A stretch of DNA of 64,000 nucleotides, from IMG/VR virus record IMGVR_UViG_3300045988_154953; one strand, written 5' to 3'. The notes below the pieces were generated by a model, which was not told where the DNA came from, did no database searches, and saw nothing but the letters and a program-made list of their open reading frames with translations. Made by a program: the position numbers and the translations under genes. The number at the start of each line of letters is the position of its first letter. Positions within the stretch are counted from its first letter, which is position 1. Source of the stretch: a virus. This document shows, in pieces, positions 54,763 to 63,861 of the stretch.

Positions 54763-54777
54763 ACTAATCAATATAAT
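54761..54777 (+). promoter_or_regulatory. 17-nt motif copy M12 (AAACTAATCAATATAAT)
   Basis: Exact consensus. Overlaps the stop of the pth2-like gene. Confidence 0.55.
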
Positions 54778-54821
54778 ATTACATAGTTAATTAAAACTCA
54801 AAAGAATATAGGAGGACTAAA

Positions 54822-55367
54822 ATGAAAAAACGGATTCTTTGTGTAATTGATGTCCAAAATGATTTCATTGATGGGTCACTAGGAACACCAGAAGCACAAG
54901 CTATTATTCCTAATGTTGAGAAAAAGATTGATGAGTATATCACCAATGGTAATCCAATTATTTTTACAAGAGATACACATTTCTTAAATTATTCTAAAAC
55001 TCAGGAAGGTAAAAAACTTCCTATACACCATTGTATTAAAGATACTCATGGATGGCAAATTGGTATTAAAACAACACCTGGATCGTATGAAATTATTAAT
55101 AAATTATCAGTTGGATATTACGATTGGAAGTCATTTCTGAATAAATTTATTAATACATATTTTATAGATGATGAAGATTTGATAATAGAATTAATCGGTC
55201 TTGATACAGATATCTGTGTAATATCAAATGCTATTATTATCAAGGCTGCATATCCAGAAACAAATATTGTTGTTGATGCGTCTTGCTGTGCCGGTTCTAC
55301 ACCAGAAAAACATAAAGCTGCATTAGAAGTTATGAAGAGTTGTCAAATAGATGTGATTGGAGAGTAA
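54822..55367 (+). CDS. pncA: nicotinamidase/isochorismatase-family hydrolase
   Basis: VIDVQNDF and the GLDTDICV catalytic Cys context. Confidence 0.75.
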   Translation: MKKRILCVIDVQNDFIDGSLGTPEAQAIIPNVEKKIDEYITNGNPIIFTRDTHFLNYSKTQEGKKLPIHHCIKDTHGWQIGIKTTPGSYEIINKLSVGYYDWKSFLNKFINTYFIDDEDLIIELIGLDTDICVISNAIIIKAAYPETNIVVDASCCAGSTPEKHKAALEVMKSCQIDVIGE

Positions 55368-56000
55368 ATGGATAAATATTTAAGCGTTATAACAAATTTT
55401 GGCTGCCATTATACTTGCCCATATTGCATTGTAAAGAACAACAATCTTCATATCCCAAAAACAACAATCGAAGGCTTAGATAACTTAGAGGAAGAAATAA
55501 AGAAAAATAATTGTAATTGGGTATCTATCTCTGGTGGCGGTGATCCACTGTGGAATTTCGAACGAAATAGATTTTGGTATTATAAATTTGCTGCGATTAT
55601 TACTGGATTGGATGTTAATATTGAACTGCATACAAGTATTATTAATCCGCCTTCTTACATTGCATTATTTAAAAGAATAGTTTACCATTTACATAATTTT
55701 GAACAATTATCATTAATTTATCGTTTGAATGATGAAATAGTTAGAGTTGTATTCGTAGTCACAGAAGACTTTACAGAAGAATTAATCGACAAAATAGCAG
55801 CATTTTGTAAAGAATCTAAACAAATTGATGAACTCAGTTTTAGACAAATGGTTGATGATAACTATCAGAACACAGATTATTACAGAGATTATTTACGAGC
55901 TGGCCATCAAAAGGATTGGTGGTACATAGAACAATGTGATTACAATTTATATTACTGTGAGAACAAAATATATACAGAATACAGAATGATTGGAGAGTAA
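55368..56000 (+). CDS. small radical-SAM-like protein
   Basis: CHYTCPYC (CX3CX2C) and ISGGGDP. Confidence 0.55.
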   Translation: MDKYLSVITNFGCHYTCPYCIVKNNNLHIPKTTIEGLDNLEEEIKKNNCNWVSISGGGDPLWNFERNRFWYYKFAAIITGLDVNIELHTSIINPPSYIALFKRIVYHLHNFEQLSLIYRLNDEIVRVVFVVTEDFTEELIDKIAAFCKESKQIDELSFRQMVDDNYQNTDYYRDYLRAGHQKDWWYIEQCDYNLYYCENKIYTEYRMIGE

Positions 56001-56002
56001 AC

Positions 56003-56839
56003 ATGATAAAAATTGATGACGAGATTGTACAGATTGAAAAGTTTCCAGATGGTACACCTAGAATTAATATTGATACGAACGATATTTTAGAAAAGTATAA
56101 TGTTGGTTGCGGATTTATTATAATCACATGGTTGTATGAAAATGATGCTGAGATGTTCTATCTGTTATTAGTTAAGAAACACCTTGAAAGATTTTTTACT
56201 AATGTTGATTACTATTTATATCTTTCATATATACCAAATGCGAGGATGGATAGAACTAAATCAAATGATGAAGTCTTTACATTAAAGTATTTCTGTGACT
56301 TTATCAATTGGTTAAAATTTTCTGTTGTTTATGTATTAGATGCTCATAGTGATGTTTCAGTAGCATTAATTAATAACTGCTTCAATGAAAATCCAAAGAC
56401 TTATATCAATAATGCGCTTACTATAATCGCAAATAATGATATAATTCTATATTTCCCTGATGCTGGTGCAGCTAAACGCTACTCTGGATTATTCCCAGAG
56501 ATTCCTTATTGCTATGGTGAGAAGAATAGAGATTGGAAAACAGGTAAAATCCTTGGACTTAACGTCAGAACTAATGGTATTAAGCTTAAAGGAAAAGATA
56601 TTCTGATTATTGATGATATTTGCAGCTACGGTGGTTCAATATTTTATAGTGCTAAAACATTAAAAGAACTTGGTGTTAATAAAATTTATGCTTATGCAAC
56701 ACATACTGAAAATTCAGTTCTTGACCATGAGAAAGGTACACTTATTAAATCATTAGAAGATGGTACAGTAGAATGTCTATTTACAACCAATAGTTTATTT
56801 ACTGGTAAGCATAACAAAATCAGTGTTATGGAGGTTTAA
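56003..56839 (+). CDS. ribose-phosphate pyrophosphokinase homologue (Prs/Adps-like)
   Basis: PRPP-type binding loop IIDDICSYGGS. Length and layout fit the Prs family. Confidence 0.7.
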   Translation: MIKIDDEIVQIEKFPDGTPRINIDTNDILEKYNVGCGFIIITWLYENDAEMFYLLLVKKHLERFFTNVDYYLYLSYIPNARMDRTKSNDEVFTLKYFCDFINWLKFSVVYVLDAHSDVSVALINNCFNENPKTYINNALTIIANNDIILYFPDAGAAKRYSGLFPEIPYCYGEKNRDWKTGKILGLNVRTNGIKLKGKDILIIDDICSYGGSIFYSAKTLKELGVNKIYAYATHTENSVLDHEKGTLIKSLEDGTVECLFTTNSLFTGKHNKISVMEV

Positions 56840-56840
56840 A

Positions 56841-58310
56841 ATGAATAATATCTCATTTATGTTGATGGCAGATACATATAAAAATACAAATCCAGATGCA
56901 ATGCCTCAAGGATTAACAAAATTAACATCATATATTACACCGAGAAAATCTATGTTTAAAAATATTGATAAAGTAGTTTTCTTTGGTTTACAGGGATTTA
57001 TTAAAGAATTCTTGATTGATTTGGTGAATGATTCTTTCTTTAATAGAGATAGAAAAGAAGTTCTTAATGAATATAAAACATACCTTGATGCACAGATTGG
57101 TTCTCATAGTTATGATATCCAACGAATCGCAGATTTATATGATTTGGGATATCTACCAATTGAGATGAAGGCGCTGCCAGAAGGTTCATTAGTATCAATG
57201 GGTGTTCCATGTATCGAACTTACAAATACTCATCCAGATTTTGCTTGGGTTGTGCAATGGATCGAATGTATATGTCAGTCAGAAACTTTTGGTACATGTA
57301 ATTGGGCTACTATGGCTCATGAGTATCGTAAATTAGCAAATGTATTCTACAACAAAACAACAGACTCTAATCCTGCAATGGCAATGGCCGATTTTGGATT
57401 TAGAGGACTTGGTGTAGATAATGGTATTAGAGCTAGTAGTTCATGGTTGCTGTCATTTAACAAAACTTCTACAATCCCGGCAATGCAGTATATTGATAAA
57501 ATGTATTCTGCAGAATGCGCTAAAAATCATATTGGTATTGGTGCTGTAAGTCTTGAACATGCAACAGTTTGTGCTAATCTTGCTGTATGTGAAACAGAAG
57601 AAAATCTATTAAGAAGATTACTTACAACAGTTTATAAAGATACTTCGTTTAGTTACGTTTCTGATACATTCGATTACTGGTCTCTTATCAATGATACTCT
57701 CCCTAAACTTCGAAAAGAAATTGAAGAACATAATGGTAAATTCCTTGTTCGTCCAGATAGCGGTGATATTGTAGATATTTCTGTTAAAACAGTACAGAGA
57801 TTATGGAAAATTTTTGGTGGAACAGTCAATCTAAAAGGTTATAAAGAATTAGATCCTAAAGTTGGCATCATTTATGGTGATGGTTGTCAATATGAGAAAA
57901 TTAAAGAAATTTGGACAAAGCTTGAAAGTTTAGGTTTTGCTGCAAATACAATTCTTTTTGGTGTTGGTGCATTCTCATTTACAGCTATGTGTACTCCAGA
58001 TGATGGTATGGTTTGTCTCACAAGAGATACATTTGGTTTCGCAATGAAAAGTACAGATTGTGTAATAGATGATCGTGAACATACTATCCAAAAAAATCCT
58101 AAAACTGATCAGAATCATCTAAAAAAATCGCATAAAGGTTTATGTTGTGTAACAAAAGAAGATGATAAATTTGTTTGTCATGATGGTTACACATCCGAAA
58201 CCATTCCAGAAGATAATCTTCTTACAACAGTATTTAAAGATGGAAAACTTGTACGAGAAGATATATTTATAAATATTCGTAATAGATTAAATGGAGAAAA
58301 TGATGATTAA
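56841..58310 (+). CDS. nicotinamide phosphoribosyltransferase homologue (Nampt/NadV/Namat-like)
   Basis: N-terminal MADTYK motif. Size about 490 aa. RPDSGD motif. Confidence 0.8.
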   Translation: MNNISFMLMADTYKNTNPDAMPQGLTKLTSYITPRKSMFKNIDKVVFFGLQGFIKEFLIDLVNDSFFNRDRKEVLNEYKTYLDAQIGSHSYDIQRIADLYDLGYLPIEMKALPEGSLVSMGVPCIELTNTHPDFAWVVQWIECICQSETFGTCNWATMAHEYRKLANVFYNKTTDSNPAMAMADFGFRGLGVDNGIRASSSWLLSFNKTSTIPAMQYIDKMYSAECAKNHIGIGAVSLEHATVCANLAVCETEENLLRRLLTTVYKDTSFSYVSDTFDYWSLINDTLPKLRKEIEEHNGKFLVRPDSGDIVDISVKTVQRLWKIFGGTVNLKGYKELDPKVGIIYGDGCQYEKIKEIWTKLESLGFAANTILFGVGAFSFTAMCTPDDGMVCLTRDTFGFAMKSTDCVIDDREHTIQKNPKTDQNHLKKSHKGLCCVTKEDDKFVCHDGYTSETIPEDNLLTTVFKDGKLVREDIFINIRNRLNGENDD

Positions 58311-58830
58311 AATTATAGACGGTGATTTATTTAATACGAATGCTAAGTTCATCTGTCATCAAGTAAATTGTCAAGGACAGATGAATTCCGGTGTAGCTTT
58401 ACAAATTAAACAGAAATATCCACATGCATACGAAGAATATATAAAACTTTTAAATCAAACATCTGGTGATGTACTTAGTAAGATTCAAATCATACCAGTT
58501 AAATCAGAATATTTAGAATATGATTGTGGTAGTCTTGCGGTTCCATATACTGAGCAGTGGATTTGTAATATGTTTGCTCAAGATAAATATGGTTATGATG
58601 GAAAAATGTATACATCTCTAGAAGCATTACAGAATTGTTTTACTCAATTGTATTGGCTTACATGTGAGAGGAATAATAATTTCAATGCTAAAATTGCTAT
58701 GCCTTATGGGATTGGTTGCGTAAGAGGCGGAGCTGATTGGAACGTAGTATATAAAATGATAGAGGATACGTTCGTTAATAGAGAAGTAGAATTGTGGAGG
58801 TATGATAAAGATAATAGTAACAGAAGATGA
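58300..58830 (+). CDS. macro-domain protein (ADP-ribose binding/hydrolase)
   Basis: IIDGDLF..ICHQVNCQGQMNSGVA. Confidence 0.7.
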   Translation: MMIKIIDGDLFNTNAKFICHQVNCQGQMNSGVALQIKQKYPHAYEEYIKLLNQTSGDVLSKIQIIPVKSEYLEYDCGSLAVPYTEQWICNMFAQDKYGYDGKMYTSLEALQNCFTQLYWLTCERNNNFNAKIAMPYGIGCVRGGADWNVVYKMIEDTFVNREVELWRYDKDNSNRR

Positions 58831-59768
58831 AATTGGAAAAATATATGGATGTTATAAAGTAATAGGTATTGCTAACGATAGAATTTCTCCTCAAGGTCAA
58901 ATTAAAAAGTATTATAAATGTAAATGCATAAATTGTGGAAATACAAAAGAACTTAATGCTTATAAGGTTCGCCATAACAATTATAAATATTGTGAAAAAT
59001 GCAGACCGAAACATAAAGAAACAAAAACTAAAATTGGGAAAAAATTTGGTCATTTAACTGTAGTTGAACGAGCAGATAATTATATTCAACCAAACGGTTC
59101 TATAAAAGTTGTATGGAAATGTTTATGCGAGTGTGGAAATACAATTAATGTTACGGATACACATTTAAAATCTGGCCATACAACAAGTTGTGGTTGTTTT
59201 CACAAAAAGATAATGCAGGATTTTTTAATAAAAGATATTAGCGGTCAAAAATTTGGCAAATTGACAGTATTGGAAAAAGCATATATAAAAAACGGGAGAC
59301 AGTATTGGCATTGTAAATGTGATTGTGGGAAAACTTGCATTGCATATACGACATCTTTGTTATCTGGGAAAAGAAAATCCTGTGGTTGCCTCATATCTAA
59401 AGCAGAATATGAATTAAGTTTATATTTAGACAAATAATATTCCATATGAATCACAATATAAATTTGACGATTGTAAAGATATAAGATGTTTACCTTTTGA
59501 TTTTGTTATATTTGATAAAAATAAAAATATAACAATGGCTATCGAATTAAATGGTGCACAACATTATCATCCTTTTACATATTCCAATGAAGATAAAGTA
59601 ACTCAAATATTGAATTTAAAAGACAGGCAGAAAAAAGATAAAATTAAACGAGATTATTGTCTCAAAAATAATATTCCGTTATTAGTAGTTAAATACACAA
59701 ACTTTAATAAAAAAGAAGAACTTTTTGATAATTTCTATAAAAATATTGTAGGGGAAAAATATGCATAA
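58802..59768 (+). pseudogene. free-standing endonuclease-like gene (three Zn-ribbon repeats plus a DUF559/Vsr-like nuclease C-terminus), +1 frameshifted
   Basis: 58802..59437 ends ..LSLYLDK-TAA. The +1 frame is open from 59430 and reads NNIPYESQYKFDDCKDIRCLPFDFVIF..IELNGAQHY. Confidence 0.6.
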
Positions 59769-60507
59769 CTTTAACGTAAAAAATGTGACAGATGATGTTG
59801 TTAAATGGGTTAAAAATTTATTTGAAAAAAACTTTCCTGAAAAAAATTGTTGCATTGCTTTATCTGGAGGGAAAGATTCTAGTGTTGTAGCCGCTATTAG
59901 TGTGAATGCATTAGGGAGAGATAAGGTTAAAGCTATAATGTTGCCGCAGCACGAACAAGCAGATATTGATTATAGTATTTTATGTGCAGAACATTTAGGA
60001 ATTGAATACAAAATTATTAATATTGGAGAAACTGTAGATTCTATTATATCTGAAATGAAATCCAACGGAGTAAATATTACAGAACAAGCAATTACTAATG
60101 TTCCTGCAAGAATACGAATGGCAGAATTGTACTTCTATGCTCAATGTAACAACGGCATTCCCAGTTGTAATTGCAATCTTTCAGAAGATTGGGTTGGATA
60201 TGCAACTTATGGTGGTGATGGATTTGGATCTTTTGCACCATTGTCAAATCTTACTGTAACAGAAGTCAAAGCAATTGGCAGAGAGCTTGGACTTCCAAAA
60301 GAACTGATTGAAAAAATACCAACAGATGGCTTATGCGGGAAAACAGATGAAGATAACCTTGGATTTACATACGATGTACTGGATAAATATATCAGAACCG
60401 GTAAAATTGACGATTTGTCAGTAAAAGAAAAGATTGATTCTATGCATGAAAAGAATCTGTTTAAGTTACAACCAATGCCATACTTTAAATATACGCCAAA
60501 TAATTAG
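59761..60507 (+). CDS. nadE: NH3-dependent NAD+ synthetase
   Basis: PP-loop SGGKDSS. Confidence 0.8.
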   Translation: MHNFNVKNVTDDVVKWVKNLFEKNFPEKNCCIALSGGKDSSVVAAISVNALGRDKVKAIMLPQHEQADIDYSILCAEHLGIEYKIINIGETVDSIISEMKSNGVNITEQAITNVPARIRMAELYFYAQCNNGIPSCNCNLSEDWVGYATYGGDGFGSFAPLSNLTVTEVKAIGRELGLPKELIEKIPTDGLCGKTDEDNLGFTYDVLDKYIRTGKIDDLSVKEKIDSMHEKNLFKLQPMPYFKYTPNN

Positions 60508-60522
60508 TCCAGGTAGTTTATT

Positions 60523-60723
60523 ATGACAGAAGAAAAGTTTAAGAAATGTAAAGATTTAGACAATGATATAAGAATAATGAACAAACTTTTCGAAGAAAGA
60601 AACTATTCAAATTATGATCTTCTTGTGAACATTGCACATTTTTCTTCGAGGTTTAAAGATGAATTTTTCGAGTGGTTAGATGAAACACAACGAAAATATA
60701 TGAAAGAATTCAAGGAGTTATAA
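60523..60723 (+). CDS. hypothetical protein
   Basis: ORF. Confidence 0.5.
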   Translation: MTEEKFKKCKDLDNDIRIMNKLFEERNYSNYDLLVNIAHFSSRFKDEFFEWLDETQRKYMKEFKEL

Positions 60724-60915
60724 ATGACTATAACAAATGTATTGTTTGTAATGATTATGACATTGTTCATATCTTCAGGTATCGCAACAATTATTATTGA
60801 ACTTTTTTATGAAGACGAAAACGTAATCGCGTTGTTTGGCTTTGGAATAACGGGAAATCTCATAGCGTTAGTTTTATATGTAATAAGAGGAATGTATGAA
60901 AGATTTAAAAATTAA
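60724..60915 (+). CDS. small membrane protein (2 TM)
   Basis: ORF, hydrophobic. Confidence 0.5.
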   Translation: MTITNVLFVMIMTLFISSGIATIIIELFYEDENVIALFGFGITGNLIALVLYVIRGMYERFKN

Positions 60916-61375
60916 AAAATATGAAAAACCTTTAGATATAATAATTCATAAAATTGATTATTCTGAGGGTGGAAAAGAATCTGATGTATATTGGATGAAT
61001 CAAGGATTAGGTAATGCACATACTCATGGAATGGGGCAATATGGTTTTATTGATATATGTTTAGGTATAGATTTAGAAGAAAGAAGAACATACTTTATTT
61101 TGAATACGATTTGTGAATTAATTTGCGATCCAAATGAAGAATTTGATTTTTCAGTAAAACATATTGTTTATGACAAAAATGATGAGATACAATTTGAATT
61201 CCATTTAATTCCAGCATTTTGTTATAATGAACCAAGTTTTTTAGTTATACTCGCTGATGAAGATGGTCATTATCCAACTGATTTAATCTGTAAAGAACCT
61301 TATAATTTACAATACGTAAATCATTGTGATATTGAAATAATCCATAAAAATTACATGTATAGCTGCAATAATTGA
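60896..61375 (+). CDS. hypothetical protein
   Basis: ORF. Confidence 0.55.
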   Translation: MKDLKIKKYEKPLDIIIHKIDYSEGGKESDVYWMNQGLGNAHTHGMGQYGFIDICLGIDLEERRTYFILNTICELICDPNEEFDFSVKHIVYDKNDEIQFEFHLIPAFCYNEPSFLVILADEDGHYPTDLICKEPYNLQYVNHCDIEIIHKNYMYSCNN

Positions 61376-61391
61376 TTACAAGGAGAAGAAT

Positions 61392-62048
61392 ATGATTAAA
61401 CTATTTACTCATAGTGACAGAGATGGACAAGGGTGCGCTGTTTTAGCTAAATTAGCTTTTGAAGACAATGTAGACATTGAATATTGTAACTATGACGATA
61501 TTAATGATAAAGTAAAAGATTTTTGCGCTAATTATTGTAGAGATAGAAACGTTAGAGAAAAATATGAACATGTTTATATTACAGACATTTCTATTACAGA
61601 AGAATTAGCTAGAAAAATAAATAATTTATCTCTATTTGAACATATCACATTATTAGACCATCATCCCACAGCTTTAAAATTGAATAAATTCAGTTGGTGC
61701 AAAGTTTCTGTTGATAATTCAGAAGGATTAAAGACATCTGGTACAGAATTGTTCTACCAGTGTCTACTTTCAACAAACTGCTTTTCTGATAAATTAAAAA
61801 GCAGTGAATACTTGAAAAGATTCGTTGAATTGACAAGGGATTATGATACCTGGAGATGGACAACTCTTGGTGAAAACGGGCTTATTTGTAAACAGTTAAA
61901 TGACCTGATGTACATTTATGGTATGGATAACTTTACTGATTGGTGTATAAAAGGAATATTAAATAAATCATTTCCTAGATTATCATTAGAAGATCAAATT
62001 GTTCTCAGTATTAGACAGCAGGAGATTGAAAATTTATTTAGGAAATAA
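61392..62048 (+). CDS. DHH-domain phosphoesterase (NrnA/NrnB-like N-terminal domain only)
   Basis: HSDRDGQG and LLDHHPT motifs. No DHHA1 domain follows. Confidence 0.55.
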   Translation: MIKLFTHSDRDGQGCAVLAKLAFEDNVDIEYCNYDDINDKVKDFCANYCRDRNVREKYEHVYITDISITEELARKINNLSLFEHITLLDHHPTALKLNKFSWCKVSVDNSEGLKTSGTELFYQCLLSTNCFSDKLKSSEYLKRFVELTRDYDTWRWTTLGENGLICKQLNDLMYIYGMDNFTDWCIKGILNKSFPRLSLEDQIVLSIRQQEIENLFRK

Positions 62049-62107
62049 TGAGTATAAAAATGAAATTATTCAACAACTGGATTAAAGCCACAGTATAGAG
62101 GTGTAAC

Positions 62108-63370
62108 ATGAAAAGTAATATTTTTATTCCAAAAACGATTAATGTTGGATATCAAAATCGAAATGATACATATACTGGTAAACTTGCTTATGTTATTTAT
62201 TACGATGAGAAAGGTAAGTTGAGAAAAGAGACATCTTGGAATAGTTGGCGTAATAAAGATATTCCAAATGATGAGTTTGAAAATGTTCCAACTGAAGGTT
62301 TTGTTCTCAATAAGAAAGCAGGTGATTACTCTACAGGATGGGATCACAGACATGCATATTGCAGAGTATATGACCCAAGAGGATTTGAATTTGAAATTAC
62401 CATTGAGAATTTATTGTACATTCTTGAAAATGCAACTTGTATTCCAGGCAAAGGATTACAAGGCGAATTTGTGTATGGATGGGATGGTACAGATTTAGTT
62501 CTTATGCCAGTTGTTGCACCTGACTATAAGCAAATCGCAGCTTATAACAAGATTGTGCATAATAACGAATCTATAAAGACAAGGGACTTGCTTCTAGGTG
62601 CCACATATCTTACGAAAGAAAATACTGAATGGATCTATATGGGACGTTTTGAAACATATGGATATGGATACAAATTTGTGCAAGATGGTAAAATTATGAG
62701 AACTAAGCGATACAGTGATCTCCCGACAGAAGGAAGTTATATGGGACGCAAAGTAATTTCTCATAAAAGTATTAACAATCTTCCATATGGGAAGATGCAT
62801 TGGTTCGCAATATTATACAATGATAAATATGTATTTGAGCAATTCAAAAGTGTTCCTAAAAATAAACTTATCAGTTGTGTTGATGATAAATGCACTTCTA
62901 AATATTCTGAAATCTATGATGAAATGGAATCATCTTATCAGTTTTCTCCAATAGATGACAGTAAGGATAAAATCATAAATATTCCATTTGAAGATTTTTA
63001 TGCAAAAGCAGTTAATACATACGTATATGACGATGAAACAAGAAAATATGTTGATGTGCAGTTTATGGCTAATGCTAATGGAGAATACACCAAATATGAA
63101 ATGAGAACGCCATATAGATCAGAAGATAATGGTAAATATATTGTTTATAAATATAGAAAAACAAATATGTATTATGGTGATGAAGAACTTATTGATATCT
63201 TCCCGACACAAGAGAAGGAAGTAACAGATTCTTATGGAATAAAGAGAATAGAAACGCATATGATTCCAGTTTCTATTGAAACAGTTTTTGAAAAATTAAA
63301 GCCAGTGTGCAAACAAAAATATTTAGCAAATGGCAGGGAATATAACAAGGAGTTTTTGTTTAATGAGTAA
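62108..63370 (+). CDS. hypothetical protein (420 aa)
   Basis: Long ORF with no recognisable motif. Confidence 0.6.
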   Translation: MKSNIFIPKTINVGYQNRNDTYTGKLAYVIYYDEKGKLRKETSWNSWRNKDIPNDEFENVPTEGFVLNKKAGDYSTGWDHRHAYCRVYDPRGFEFEITIENLLYILENATCIPGKGLQGEFVYGWDGTDLVLMPVVAPDYKQIAAYNKIVHNNESIKTRDLLLGATYLTKENTEWIYMGRFETYGYGYKFVQDGKIMRTKRYSDLPTEGSYMGRKVISHKSINNLPYGKMHWFAILYNDKYVFEQFKSVPKNKLISCVDDKCTSKYSEIYDEMESSYQFSPIDDSKDKIINIPFEDFYAKAVNTYVYDDETRKYVDVQFMANANGEYTKYEMRTPYRSEDNGKYIVYKYRKTNMYYGDEELIDIFPTQEKEVTDSYGIKRIETHMIPVSIETVFEKLKPVCKQKYLANGREYNKEFLFNE

Positions 63371-63779
63371 AAATGATGATAGAATTTTAGAACTAAAGAA
63401 GCAGATTGATGAAAAGAAAAAACTATTGGCAGATAAAAATACAAGATTTGTACCAGAGACAAATTGCGTATTAACGATGAATAAAAATAGTACAAATATT
63501 AATGTGTGTTCTAACGAAGAATTGAAGTTGCTATTAATTTCATTGAATGCATATTTAATGTCCGCAAAAGACCTTGGTATGAACGACTTCGAAATCTCTG
63601 GATATAGCGTAACATCATGGATCAAAGATATTAAAAATAAATTAGATATTTTTAATTTGAAGAAACAGCAGTCAGATTTGAAAACAATGGAACAAAAGCT
63701 AGATAAACTTCTTTCTGATGATAAGAAAACTGAGCTTGAATTAAATGACATTGCTGCGCTGTTAAAATTGGAGAAATAA
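63363..63779 (+). CDS. hypothetical coiled-coil protein
   Basis: ATG at 63363 overlaps the upstream stop. Confidence 0.55.
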   Translation: MSKNDDRILELKKQIDEKKKLLADKNTRFVPETNCVLTMNKNSTNINVCSNEELKLLLISLNAYLMSAKDLGMNDFEISGYSVTSWIKDIKNKLDIFNLKKQQSDLKTMEQKLDKLLSDDKKTELELNDIAALLKLEK

Positions 63780-63861
63780 TATGACCAAAAATAAAGAAAA
63801 TTTTATATTCTGATGGAACGATAAAATTATATGAAAGTGGTGATTTGACTTGAATCCTATT

